This document shows, piece after piece, positions 8,393 through 18,000 of a stretch of 64,000 bases of DNA. Where the stretch lies: positions 16,840 to 80,839 of the forward strand of contig DVNE01000009.1 of assembly GCA_018714625.1 (NCBI GenBank), in the 5' to 3' direction. Origin of the DNA: Candidatus Coproplasma excrementigallinarum. GTDB lineage: Bacteria > Bacillota > Clostridia > Christensenellales > Borkfalkiaceae. The notes beneath the pieces were generated by a model, which was not told the DNA's origin, made no database searches, and worked only from the letters and a program-made list of their open reading frames with translations. Made by a program: the position numbers and the translations under genes. Position 1 is the stretch's first letter, and the number at the start of each line of letters is the position of its first letter.

Positions 8393-9766
8393 ATGTTTAA
8401 CGATAACATCGGCAATATCGCAGGCCGCGCCAAAATCAAGGTAATAGGCGTCGGCGGCGCTGGTAACAACGCCGTAAACAGAATGCTCGAGGCGGGCATA
8501 ATGTGCGCGGATTATTATGTTGTCAATACGGACAGCCAGATTTTAGCGCTCTCCCCGTGCGAAAATAAAATTCAGATAGGCAGTGCGCTCACAAAGGGTC
8601 TCGGCGCAGGTGCAGAACCTGATGTAGGCCGCATGGCCGCCGAAGAGAGCAAGGATATCCTCACCGAAGCGGTAAGGGATACCGACCTCCTGTTCATAAC
8701 GGCAGGTATGGGCGGCGGCACGGGTACCGGCGCAGCCCCCGTAATTGCAAAGATTGCCCGCGATATGAAGATTTTAACCGTTGCGGTAGTTACCGAACCC
8801 TTTGCCTTCGAGGGCAAAAAGCGTATGGAGAATACCGTAAAGGGACTTGAAAATCTTAAAAAGTATGTCGATACGCTGATTGTTATCCCCAACGATAAGA
8901 TACGTACGGTTGTTGCCAAGAATACGCCCATGCGTGAAGCTCTGCGCGTTGCAGACGAGATTTTAAAGCAGGGCATAAAGGGTATTGCCGAACTTATTGT
9001 TAACCCCGCACTTATAAACCTCGACTTTGCCGACGTTAAGACCATACTCAAGGATAAGGGCGTGGCACATCTCGGCGTAGGCGTTGCCAAAGGTGAAAAC
9101 AGAATAATCGAAGCAGTGCGCGTAGCTGTAAACTGCCCTCTGCTTGAAACTACAATAGAGGGTGCGCGCGGCGTCATTCTCAACGTTGTCGGCGGCGAAG
9201 ACCTCACTTTCGACGAGGTCAACGATGCGGCCGAGCTTGTCAAGAGCGTAGTAGACGCCTCTGCAAACATAATATTCGGCGCAAGGATAGACCCGAATGT
9301 GCAGGACGAGGTGGAGATAACTGTTATAGCTACCGGCTTCCCCGGTTTTGACGGTACAAAGAGGGACGACGACCAGTCTAAATCCTATCGCTCCAACTAT
9401 GCACAGCCCGCATACAGCGGCTCTCGCCTTTCTGTTACCGAACCTTACTATGGCCGTCAGCAGGCTCAGCCTGTAAGGGGTCAGGTTCAGCAACCCGTTC
9501 AGCAGCCTGCACAGCCGCAGTATGTACAGCAGACTGCACAACCTCAGCAGCAGTATGTGCAGCCCCAGTATGCTCAGCCTCAGCAGCAGTTCACGCAACA
9601 GCAGTATGCTCAGCCCCAGCAGCAGTACGCACAGCCGCAGTATGCTCAGCCTCAGCAGCCCGTTCAGCAGGCAGCGCCTTCGCAGCCCACTATCGAACGT
9701 CCCGCCGAGAAGAACGTGCCCCGTTTTGCACAGCTCCTCAAAAATCTCGGCAGAAAGGGAGAATAA
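8393..9766 (+). CDS. ftsZ: cell-division GTPase FtsZ with a long Q/P/Y-rich C-terminal linker
   Basis: Tubulin signature GGGTGTGAAPV, NTD..L, and C-terminal peptide VPRFAQLLKNL. GGAGG at 8382-8386 precedes ATG 8393, whereas the tracked ORF begins at TTG 8387. Confidence 0.97.
   Translation: MFNDNIGNIAGRAKIKVIGVGGAGNNAVNRMLEAGIMCADYYVVNTDSQILALSPCENKIQIGSALTKGLGAGAEPDVGRMAAEESKDILTEAVRDTDLLFITAGMGGGTGTGAAPVIAKIARDMKILTVAVVTEPFAFEGKKRMENTVKGLENLKKYVDTLIVIPNDKIRTVVAKNTPMREALRVADEILKQGIKGIAELIVNPALINLDFADVKTILKDKGVAHLGVGVAKGENRIIEAVRVAVNCPLLETTIEGARGVILNVVGGEDLTFDEVNDAAELVKSVVDASANIIFGARIDPNVQDEVEITVIATGFPGFDGTKRDDDQSKSYRSNYAQPAYSGSRLSVTEPYYGRQQAQPVRGQVQQPVQQPAQPQYVQQTAQPQQQYVQPQYAQPQQQFTQQQYAQPQQQYAQPQYAQPQQPVQQAAPSQPTIERPAEKNVPRFAQLLKNLGRKGE
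9566..9659 (+). repeat. in-frame CAG/CCN-rich tandem repeats encoding (Q)YAQPQQQ units in the ftsZ linker
   Basis: The 22-mer CAGTATGCTCAGCCTCAGCAGC occurs at 9566-9587 and 9638-9659 (72-nt period), with degenerate copies between them. Confidence 0.85.
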
Positions 9767-9977
9767 GCTAAGCATAACCGCGCAGTAAATTGTCTGGTTA
9801 TAAAAATTGCTTGTTTTGTAGTAAAATATGCTGTTCTGGCGGCGTGTATAGTCGGCGCTTTTAAAGTGTTGCACTGTTAGCCGTATGTCATCACCGGCAT
9901 TGCGCCCTTGCGGGCAGTCTGCTTTTATGGGCAGTACGCTCTTTGGGCAGCGTGTTAAAAACTTTCATAAAATAATT

Positions 9978-10010
9978 GAGGGCGGAAAAATTCCGCCCTC
10001 TGTTTATTTT
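9978..10010 (+). terminator. rho-independent terminator after ftsZ
   Basis: GAGGGCGGAA / TTCCGCCCTC 10-bp stem, AAA loop, then TGTTTATTTT. Confidence 0.85.
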
Positions 10011-10104
10011 GATAAAAAAGCAGATAAACTGTGCGTTCGTGGATAATTCTTTGCTGACACAGTAAAATAAACAGCATTTAAAAGTTTACGACAGTCGCTT
10101 TTTT

Positions 10105-10320
10105 GTTTGAGTGCAAGGCTGGCCGCTTTCGCCCGCAACAGCTTCTTGCGGCAAAGTCGCAGTGCTTTCAGCCGCGGCCTCGAGTAGTTCATCCGTGCGC
10201 AGTTCCCATTAAAAAGTGGAGCCCCCATTGCGGCAGGGAGCGTAAACCCTTCATTCAGTCGCGGCCTCGCGGGCTCGTCCGCGCCAGCTACCCTTAACAA
10301 GCGGAGCAGCACAGCTGATT
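10105..10320. ncRNA. candidate structured RNA of unknown class (GC-rich element with an internal direct repeat)
   Basis: It lies between the ftsZ and spoVG terminators and is visibly GC-rich against an AT-rich spacer. TTCAG(C/T)CGCGGCCTCG occurs at 10167 and 10254. Local hairpins: CCGCAA-N7-TTGCGG (10133-10151) and CGCGG-N6-CCGCG (10268-10283). Possible closing helix CCGCTT (10123-10128) / AAGCGG (10299-10304). The strand is undetermined. Confidence 0.3.
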
Positions 10321-10343
10321 GAAAATCCGAAAATTTACATACG

Positions 10344-10376
10344 AAAAATGCGGCCGAGAAATCGGTCGCATTTTTC
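10344..10376 (-). terminator. rho-independent terminator after spoVG (U-tracts on both strands)
   Basis: ATGCGGCCGA / TCGGTCGCAT 10-bp stem with one non-Watson-Crick pair, flanked by AAAAA and TTTTT. Confidence 0.7.
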
Positions 10377-10413
10377 GCCTACAAATCAAGTGTCTGTTCA
10401 AACCAAAGAAAGC

Positions 10414-10677
10414 TCATTTATTGAGTGCGTCAAAGTAAGCCGTAAGGACTGCCTCTTTTATCTTGTCTCGGGTCTCGGTATTAAGGGGATGTGCAATATC
10501 CTTATATTCGCCATCATTAGTTTTTCTGCTCGGCATGGCAATAAATACTCCGTCATTGCCTTCAATAACTTTAATATCGTGAACTGCAAAGCAATCGTCG
10601 ATAGTTATCGAGGCAACAGCCTTCAACTTATTGTCCTCCTTGCTGACTAATCTGATTCGTATGTCTGAGATTTTCAT
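10414..10677 (-). CDS. spoVG: septation/regulatory protein SpoVG
   Basis: The 87-aa protein [11 protein letters not shown]...[29 protein letters not shown] is a textbook SpoVG sequence. The GGAGGT RBS appears as acctcc at 10684-10689. Confidence 0.95.
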   Translation of the reverse strand: MKISDIRIRLVSKEDNKLKAVASITIDDCFAVHDIKVIEGNDGVFIAMPSRKTNDGEYKDIAHPLNTETRDKIKEAVLTAYFDALNK

Positions 10678-10711
10678 GGCGTTACCTCCAGACTATACTT
10701 TTATGCCAATC

Positions 10712-10740
10712 ATTTTACAATAAATTGTTGAAAATTTCAA
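10712..10740 (-). promoter_or_regulatory. sigma-A-type promoter of spoVG (TTGAAA-17-TAAAAT on the minus strand)
   Basis: Reverse complement of 10735-10740 gives TTGAAA and of 10712-10717 gives TAAAAT, with a 17-nt spacer. Confidence 0.65.
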
Positions 10741-10825
10741 TAGGTTTTTCGATTTTTTTAAATTTTTTTGCAATAAAATTTTGCAAACCGTGCTATCCGT
10801 TGCCGCATTTTAATAAAATGCTATT

Positions 10826-12175
10826 ATGACGGGCAATTTTTTGGATAAATTTAACAGTTTTTACTTTGTCGGAATGGGCGGCGTAAGCATGAGCGCGCTC
10901 GCCGGCTATCTCCGTTCCTTGAAAAAACGGGTAGGAGGGAGCGATATAAACGCAGCTTCCCTTTCAAAATTAAAGTCATTGGGTATTTTTGTAACCAATG
11001 GAAACGGCCGCGATATTCTCGGTTACGACGCGGTTGTATATACAGACGCGGTCAGCCGCGATAATGCGGAATTGCGCCTTGCGCGTGCGGCAGGTAAGCC
11101 GATTATACCGCGCGGAAAACTTCTGGCTGAAGTATGTAAAAAGTTCAAAAGAGTGATTGCAGTAAGCGGCTGCCACGGCAAAACTACGTGTACTTCTATG
11201 CTTGCCTCTGTATTCAGTTCGGCAGGCCGCGCTTTTGCGGCGCACATAGGCGGAAATTCCGTTCAGTTCGGAAATTTCTGTAACTTCGGCAACGATTTTT
11301 TTATAACCGAGGCGTGCGAGTACAAAAAAAATTTTTTATCGCTTCACCCCGACACCGCGGTTATACTCAGTACCGATGCCGACCATCTGGAGTGTTACGG
11401 CGGAGCAGAGGAGCTTAAAAAGTGCTATTCAAAGTTTGCCGCGCGTGCGCAGAAGGCCGTAGTACCGTTCGGCGACGATGTTTTCCGCGACATCGAAGGC
11501 ACGGTGACTTTCGGGTATGCAAAGGGGGCAGACTGGCAGGCTTGTGAACTGCGCGAATTCCGCGGCGTATATTCTTTTACGCTGTATTTCTGCGGCGCAC
11601 CCGCATTTGATGTTAAGCTGAAGCAACCAGGCGCGCACAATGTATTGAACGCGCTCGCCGCTGCCGCTGCGGCTGCCACCGAGGGTATAGAATTTGCGCA
11701 TATCAAACGCGGACTGGAGGAGTTTGAAGGAGTGGAGAGAAGAATGCAGCTTTTGGGCAGTTACCGCGGCGCGCGCTATGTGGCCGACTACGCCCATCAC
11801 CCTGCGGAGATAGCCGCGGCGCTTAAAACTGCGGAGCGTATAACCGAAGGCAGACTGTTTGTAGTCTTTCAGCCGCATACATACTCGCGCACAAAAAATC
11901 TTTATGCCCAGTTTGTTTCCGTGCTTTCAGGCGTGCGCAGACTGCTTATATACCGCACTTTTGCCGCGCGCGAATACTTCGATGGCGAAGGCTGTGCGCT
12001 CACGCTATCGCAGTCGGTTAAAAGGAGCAGGTATGGCGACTGTCCCGGCGATATACTCAACTTTGTAAGTTCAGCGGGGGAGGGCGATACCGTGTTGTTT
12101 CTCGGCGCGGGCGACATCTACTTCATAGCAAAAACTCTGCTGTGTGCGCTTGAAAAATCAAACGCCGAAAGATAA
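10826..12175 (+). CDS. murC: UDP-N-acetylmuramate--L-alanine ligase
   Basis: N-terminal FVGMGGVSMSALAGYL, P-loop VSGCHGKTTCTSM, and DYAHHPAEI near the C-terminal domain. No obvious SD precedes the ATG. Confidence 0.9.
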   Translation: MTGNFLDKFNSFYFVGMGGVSMSALAGYLRSLKKRVGGSDINAASLSKLKSLGIFVTNGNGRDILGYDAVVYTDAVSRDNAELRLARAAGKPIIPRGKLLAEVCKKFKRVIAVSGCHGKTTCTSMLASVFSSAGRAFAAHIGGNSVQFGNFCNFGNDFFITEACEYKKNFLSLHPDTAVILSTDADHLECYGGAEELKKCYSKFAARAQKAVVPFGDDVFRDIEGTVTFGYAKGADWQACELREFRGVYSFTLYFCGAPAFDVKLKQPGAHNVLNALAAAAAAATEGIEFAHIKRGLEEFEGVERRMQLLGSYRGARYVADYAHHPAEIAAALKTAERITEGRLFVVFQPHTYSRTKNLYAQFVSVLSGVRRLLIYRTFAAREYFDGEGCALTLSQSVKRSRYGDCPGDILNFVSSAGEGDTVLFLGAGDIYFIAKTLLCALEKSNAER

Positions 12176-12208
12176 AATCAAACCAGTATCAGAAATCTTT
12201 TTAAAAAA

Positions 12209-13396
12209 TCAGAAATCAATCTCTTCGTGCTTTTTTATGCAGGATAGGGCGAGGTCGGCAAACTGCCTGGCTCTTCTTGGCGAACGACCGCCCTTAGATA
12301 GCGCCCAGCGCTCGGCAAGGTCGGCAATGTGTTCGTTGTACTCTATTTTGTAGTCGGCGCACAGCCCTGCAACAATGCTGAGGTACTCCGCCTTACCCGT
12401 GGATGAGAAGAGCACGGTTATGCCAAATCTGTCTGAAAGGGAGAGCTGTTCCTGCAGGGAGTCGTTCACATGGACGGAATTTTCTCTGTCAGAAAGGCTC
12501 TCTTTTACTATGTGCCGTCTGTTGGAGGTTGCAACAATCATTGTGTTATCCGTCTTGCCTGCAACCGAGCCTTCCAGCGCGGCCTTCAGTCCTGAAATTT
12601 TATCGTCACCTTCGTTCAAAGAAAGGTCGTCTATAAAGATAATAAATCTCAGCGGGTTTGAGGAGAGTATCTGCCTGAGCTTGGGCAAGTCGAGCATATT
12701 TTCCTTGTTGAGCTCAACTATCCTCAGGCCGCTTTCAAAGTACCTGTTCAGCATTGCGTGCACGGTAGAGGACTTGCCCGTGCCTCTGTCGCCATATAAA
12801 AGCATATTTCCGTATGGAAGTCCGTGCAGAAAGCTTAAGATATTGCTCTCTATCGTGCGCTTTTCCAGGGTGTAACCCTTAAGTTCGGAAAGCGTTATGC
12901 GCGAAGGGTTTTCTATGGGGATTAGCTCGCCGTCGCTGTATCCGAAGGCGCGGTGCTTTATGAACATTCCGCAGCCGTGTTTTTTATAGAACTTTTTCAG
13001 CCGCGCAACGAGTACGGCTGCGCCCTTAGAGCGGTCGAATATGGGCAGCGGTTTGCCTGCCGCAAAGTATTCGCCCTGCTTGCAGGCGGGTTCGGCGATG
13101 TATCCGAATATGAGGTCAATATCGTTAAGGTATGCGTTTATAACGAATGGCGAAGGTGCTTTGCCTGCCGCGCAGCAGCGCGAAAAAGCGTTTTCGTCGG
13201 TAAGCACGGCATTGCTGACATATGCGGCAAAATCACATTCTGCGCCCGCAGAATACAGTTTGCTGAAAAATTCCCCGTAGTAGGAGAAAACCGTATCTTC
13301 GCCTTCGTGTTCTTTTGCTTTGATAAATGCAAGAAAGAGCTCGTCTTTGAGCAGTCCGCGTAGAACTGTAAGTGAATTGATTGTTATGTGTTCCAT
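12209..13396 (-). CDS. DUF815-type AAA-like ATPase
   Basis: 395 aa with Walker A LLYGDRGTGKSSTV and Walker B-like FIIFIDDLS. The overall layout fits the conserved bacterial DUF815 ATP-binding proteins. It converges on murC. Confidence 0.75.
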   Translation of the reverse strand: MEHITINSLTVLRGLLKDELFLAFIKAKEHEGEDTVFSYYGEFFSKLYSAGAECDFAAYVSNAVLTDENAFSRCCAAGKAPSPFVINAYLNDIDLIFGYIAEPACKQGEYFAAGKPLPIFDRSKGAAVLVARLKKFYKKHGCGMFIKHRAFGYSDGELIPIENPSRITLSELKGYTLEKRTIESNILSFLHGLPYGNMLLYGDRGTGKSSTVHAMLNRYFESGLRIVELNKENMLDLPKLRQILSSNPLRFIIFIDDLSLNEGDDKISGLKAALEGSVAGKTDNTMIVATSNRRHIVKESLSDRENSVHVNDSLQEQLSLSDRFGITVLFSSTGKAEYLSIVAGLCADYKIEYNEHIADLAERWALSKGGRSPRRARQFADLALSCIKKHEEIDF

Positions 13397-13641
13397 AGTC
13401 CGATAATTTTTTACGGGGGAAAAATATTTTTCGGGTAGTCTAAATGCTTGCCTTCGGGTGCAAAATTAAAGCTTTTTTTATAGCTTTGCGTAAAGCTCCG
13501 ATGCAGCTGTGCCGATGCTGTTTTATACCCGTTTTGAATAGATTTTTAATATTCCATGCCGTAAATTCCCTTTGTTCTGATTTCATTATATACTACTTTG
13601 CATAGTTATGCAATATTTTATAGGTATTTTTTTAAATATGC

Positions 13642-14737
<1,096 letters not shown>

Positions 14738-14755
14738 GATTAATTGTGAAATGTT

Positions 14756-14791
14756 ACGGGCGCGCCGTTCGGCGCGCCCGTTTTCATTTTT
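14756..14791 (+). terminator. rho-independent terminator after ilvC
   Basis: ACGGGCGCGCC / GGCGCGCCCGT 11-bp stem, GTTC loop, then TTTTCATTTTT. Confidence 0.9.
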
Positions 14792-15047
14792 CTTGCGTTG
14801 TTGCTTATTGTTTCAGAATATTTAAGCCGCGCGGGAGCTGTTTGTCTCGGCGGGCTGGCGGCAATAGCTGCGGGTGGAGGTATAAGTCAAATTTTTCGTC
14901 GCAGGCGCGCACGCGTGGCTATTTATATAATTTTAAAAAACAAGCGTTCATTTTGTTGTTATTTCCGCGGCGAAATGATATAATTATATCTGTTACCATA
15001 TGCTTAAAATTCTGCGGAAATAAATTCCGCCTCGGAGTAATTCAAAA

Positions 15048-18000
15048 GTGAAAAATAAAAATTCCGGTAATGGACAATCTTTAATTTTTACAAGGGAAAC
15101 GTTTGGCATGACCATACTGCTGTTCTGCGCAATAGTTACGCTTGCCCTTTTCAGCGGCAGCACTATTTTTGCAGGCTTCGGCAGTGCAATCTGTACTTTT
15201 ATGTACGGAACATTCGGCTATGGATGTTTTCTTGTAATGGCGCTTGTTGCCTATCTCGGCGTGTGGCTGGTGGCTGAAAAGAAGATAAGGGTAAAGGTAC
15301 GCCCCGCCATAATTCTCGCGCTTACGGTTTATGCTCTGTTTTTGCTCTTTCACGCCGTTTCCACGCGTGATTTTGCCGTAGACGGCAGCTATATTTCTAA
15401 GTGCTATCTCGTTGCGGCGGAAGGTTTCCCTTCGTATACCTTTGGCGGCGTCATATCCGCTCTTCTCGTATATCCCGTAACGCTTGTCACTACGTTTGTC
15501 GGCTCGTACATAATTTTTTCCATACTCGCAGTTCTTGGCGGGTACTTTACCGTGACCGCTTTTTTAAAGGCCTACGGCAAGGGTCGCGCCGTTGCGGCAA
15601 CGCGCACCGAAAAGGTAATTTCAGACGGTGCAGCGGAGGAGCACACAGCAGCAAAAACACCTGCACAACCTGTGCAGCAGCAGTACGCACAGCCGCAGGA
15701 GTACTCTCAGCCCGCGCAGGAGCAGTATGTTCAGCCGCAGTATCAGCCTTACGCACAGGACGAAGCTGCATATAGTAGCTACAACTATTCGTCCTCAGAG
15801 CCCGAACAGCAGGCTGCCGCGCACGGTGACCTTTCAGATTCCGACTATGCCCGTTCGGTATTGTACGGCAACAAGCAGAATGGCTCGCAGCAGTATTTTA
15901 CGGCCCAGCACGTTCAGTCACAGCCTGCCGAAGATAACAAATTCTCGCCCGAAAAACTCGGCAAAAAGATAATTTTTGACCGCGACGAGTTTGCCGCCGA
16001 AAGCTACAGACGCAACGGCATTTTCGACGAAAATTCCTACTTCAATCATCCCATAAGAAACGATGGCGACTATCTGCGCAGCTTTTCAGACGGCAAAAAG
16101 AAGAGCGGAGCAAGCGTAGAGCCCGTCACATACACGGATGCATACCAGCAGTCCGTTCAGGCGCAGCCTTCGCCCTCGCACAGCGATATGCTGTACGGCG
16201 ACAGCCCTGCTACGAAGTTTTACGAGGATGGCACGCAGCAGGCAAAGAGCGATTTTACATCTGCGCCAACCTCTTCTTCATACGAAGCGCCCGCCGCACA
16301 GACGGAGCAGACTTCAAAGTATGCGCAGGACGATGAAATTGATTTCGGTGCTCCCGAAACTGAGTTCGGCGAACAGCCCGATTACTCATCTGATGATAGT
16401 TCTGCCAACCAGGCGGCCGCATCGGGTACAGATACGCCCGAATATATGAAGCCCCCCGAGCCCCTTTCAGGCCGCAGAGCCGACTATTCTTCGCCCTATT
16501 CCGAGCACCAGACCAGTTCCGAACTTTCGGGCGCAAACGACTTGAGCCGCGGCGAAATTGTGCGCGGAGCAGAGTCCCGCCGTCTTGACGATACGCTCTT
16601 CTCTTCTTCAAGAGGGGAGCAGCCCGTTCAGCAGCCGAATTCTGAAAACGGAGAGGATTTGTCGCGCAATCTCACCCGCAGAGGGGAGGATGGCGGTGCA
16701 GACCTCACGCGCAGAAACGATTTCTCGTCCGCAGATTTCTCCCGCAGGGAGGATACCGACATCTCCCGCAGAGATGTCTCTGACCGCGGCGGAATTTCCG
16801 GCTCGGAACTCTTTGGCGGTCAGTCACTGCGCAGATCGGAAAGCGACATGGGTGTTTCGCGCATGCAGAATACTTCTCGCCAGTCTGATGACTTCTCGCG
16901 CAGGGATGATATGCTCCGCGGACAGGAGCAGGACAACTCTTCTGATTTATCGGGCATAAACGGCGATGCTTCGCGCATTCAGAACACATCCGGTTCTTCA
17001 GACGACTTCTCGCGCAGAGGGGACGATATTTTAAGGCGCGAAGAAACGGATACGCCCTCAGACGGCGTCCGCAGGGCAGGTTTTTCTGGAACTTCGCAGG
17101 ACTTCGGCGCACCTTCAGGTCGCGACGGCGCAAGAAACGATATTTCCTCGCTCTTCTCCTCGAGCAATTCAAGGCTTGGAGAGAGCAGAATAGAGCCCGA
17201 CCTTTCAAGATTGTCTTCAAGGGGCGGAAGGAGCAACTCCGACCTTTTCGACGACGACAACGTTCAGCCCGACAGTACGCCTTCGGCCGATACGGAAAAA
17301 CTTAACGATGTTCCGCCCGTAAGGCGCGAGCCTGTTGCACCCGCTGCAACATCGCAGCCCGCCGCAAAGGCCGAAGAGCAGGCTTCAGCGCCTGCGCCCA
17401 CCGAAGAAAAGAAGCCGCCGCACGTATGGAAAAAGTATGTGCGCCCCTCGCTTGACCTTCTTGAAGACTACCCCGAGCATAACAATGCCGACACGGCCGA
17501 AATTGAAGAGAATAAGAGGGTGATAGTCGAAACGCTCGAAAGCTTCAAGATTGAGTGCGAAATCTCCGACGTAATAGTTGCGCCCGCACTCACCAGGTAC
17601 GACGTAACAATATTCGACAGAACTAATATAAAACCCGCCCTTCTCAAGTATAAAGACACGATTGCAATGGCGCTCAAGCGCGACAATGTGAACGCATACC
17701 TCAACTTCTCGAAGGGTGCGCTCTCTATCGAAGTGCCCAACGCAAAGCGCACTACGGTAGGTCTGAAGGGAATGATGCTTTCGCCTTCGTTTATGAATGC
17801 AAAGCCCAATTCACTGACTTTTGCGCTCGGCAAAAACCTCGATGGCGACTGTATCTGTCCCGATATAAGAAAAATGCCCCACCTTCTCGTTGCAGGTACT
17901 TCCGGCAGCGGTAAATCAATATGCTTAAGCTCGCTGCTCATAAGCCTTCTCTACAAGTACGGCCCCGAAGACCTGCGCCTTATACTCGTCGACCCCAAGC

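Noticed and set aside
10254-10310. CCAGCTACCCTTAACAAGCGG resembles the conserved 3' end of the ydaO/c-di-AMP riboswitch (..CAGCUAACCUCGUAAGCG), and the element has a two-fold repeat like ydaO.
   Set aside because: The G-rich cores of ydaO (GGGGGACCCA, GGGGUGAAUCC, CCCGAACCCG) are absent on that strand. There is also no downstream gene to regulate, because the next feature is the spoVG terminator on the other strand. The resemblance is too thin to call.
10004-10312. A 102-aa minus-strand ORF (and a 64-aa plus-strand ORF) covers the GC-rich element between ftsZ and spoVG.
   Set aside because: There is no SD. The composition is Arg/Leu/Ala-rich with an RPRL repeat that simply mirrors the DNA direct repeat, and I recognise no protein family. 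I treat it as non-coding (see the ncRNA candidate).
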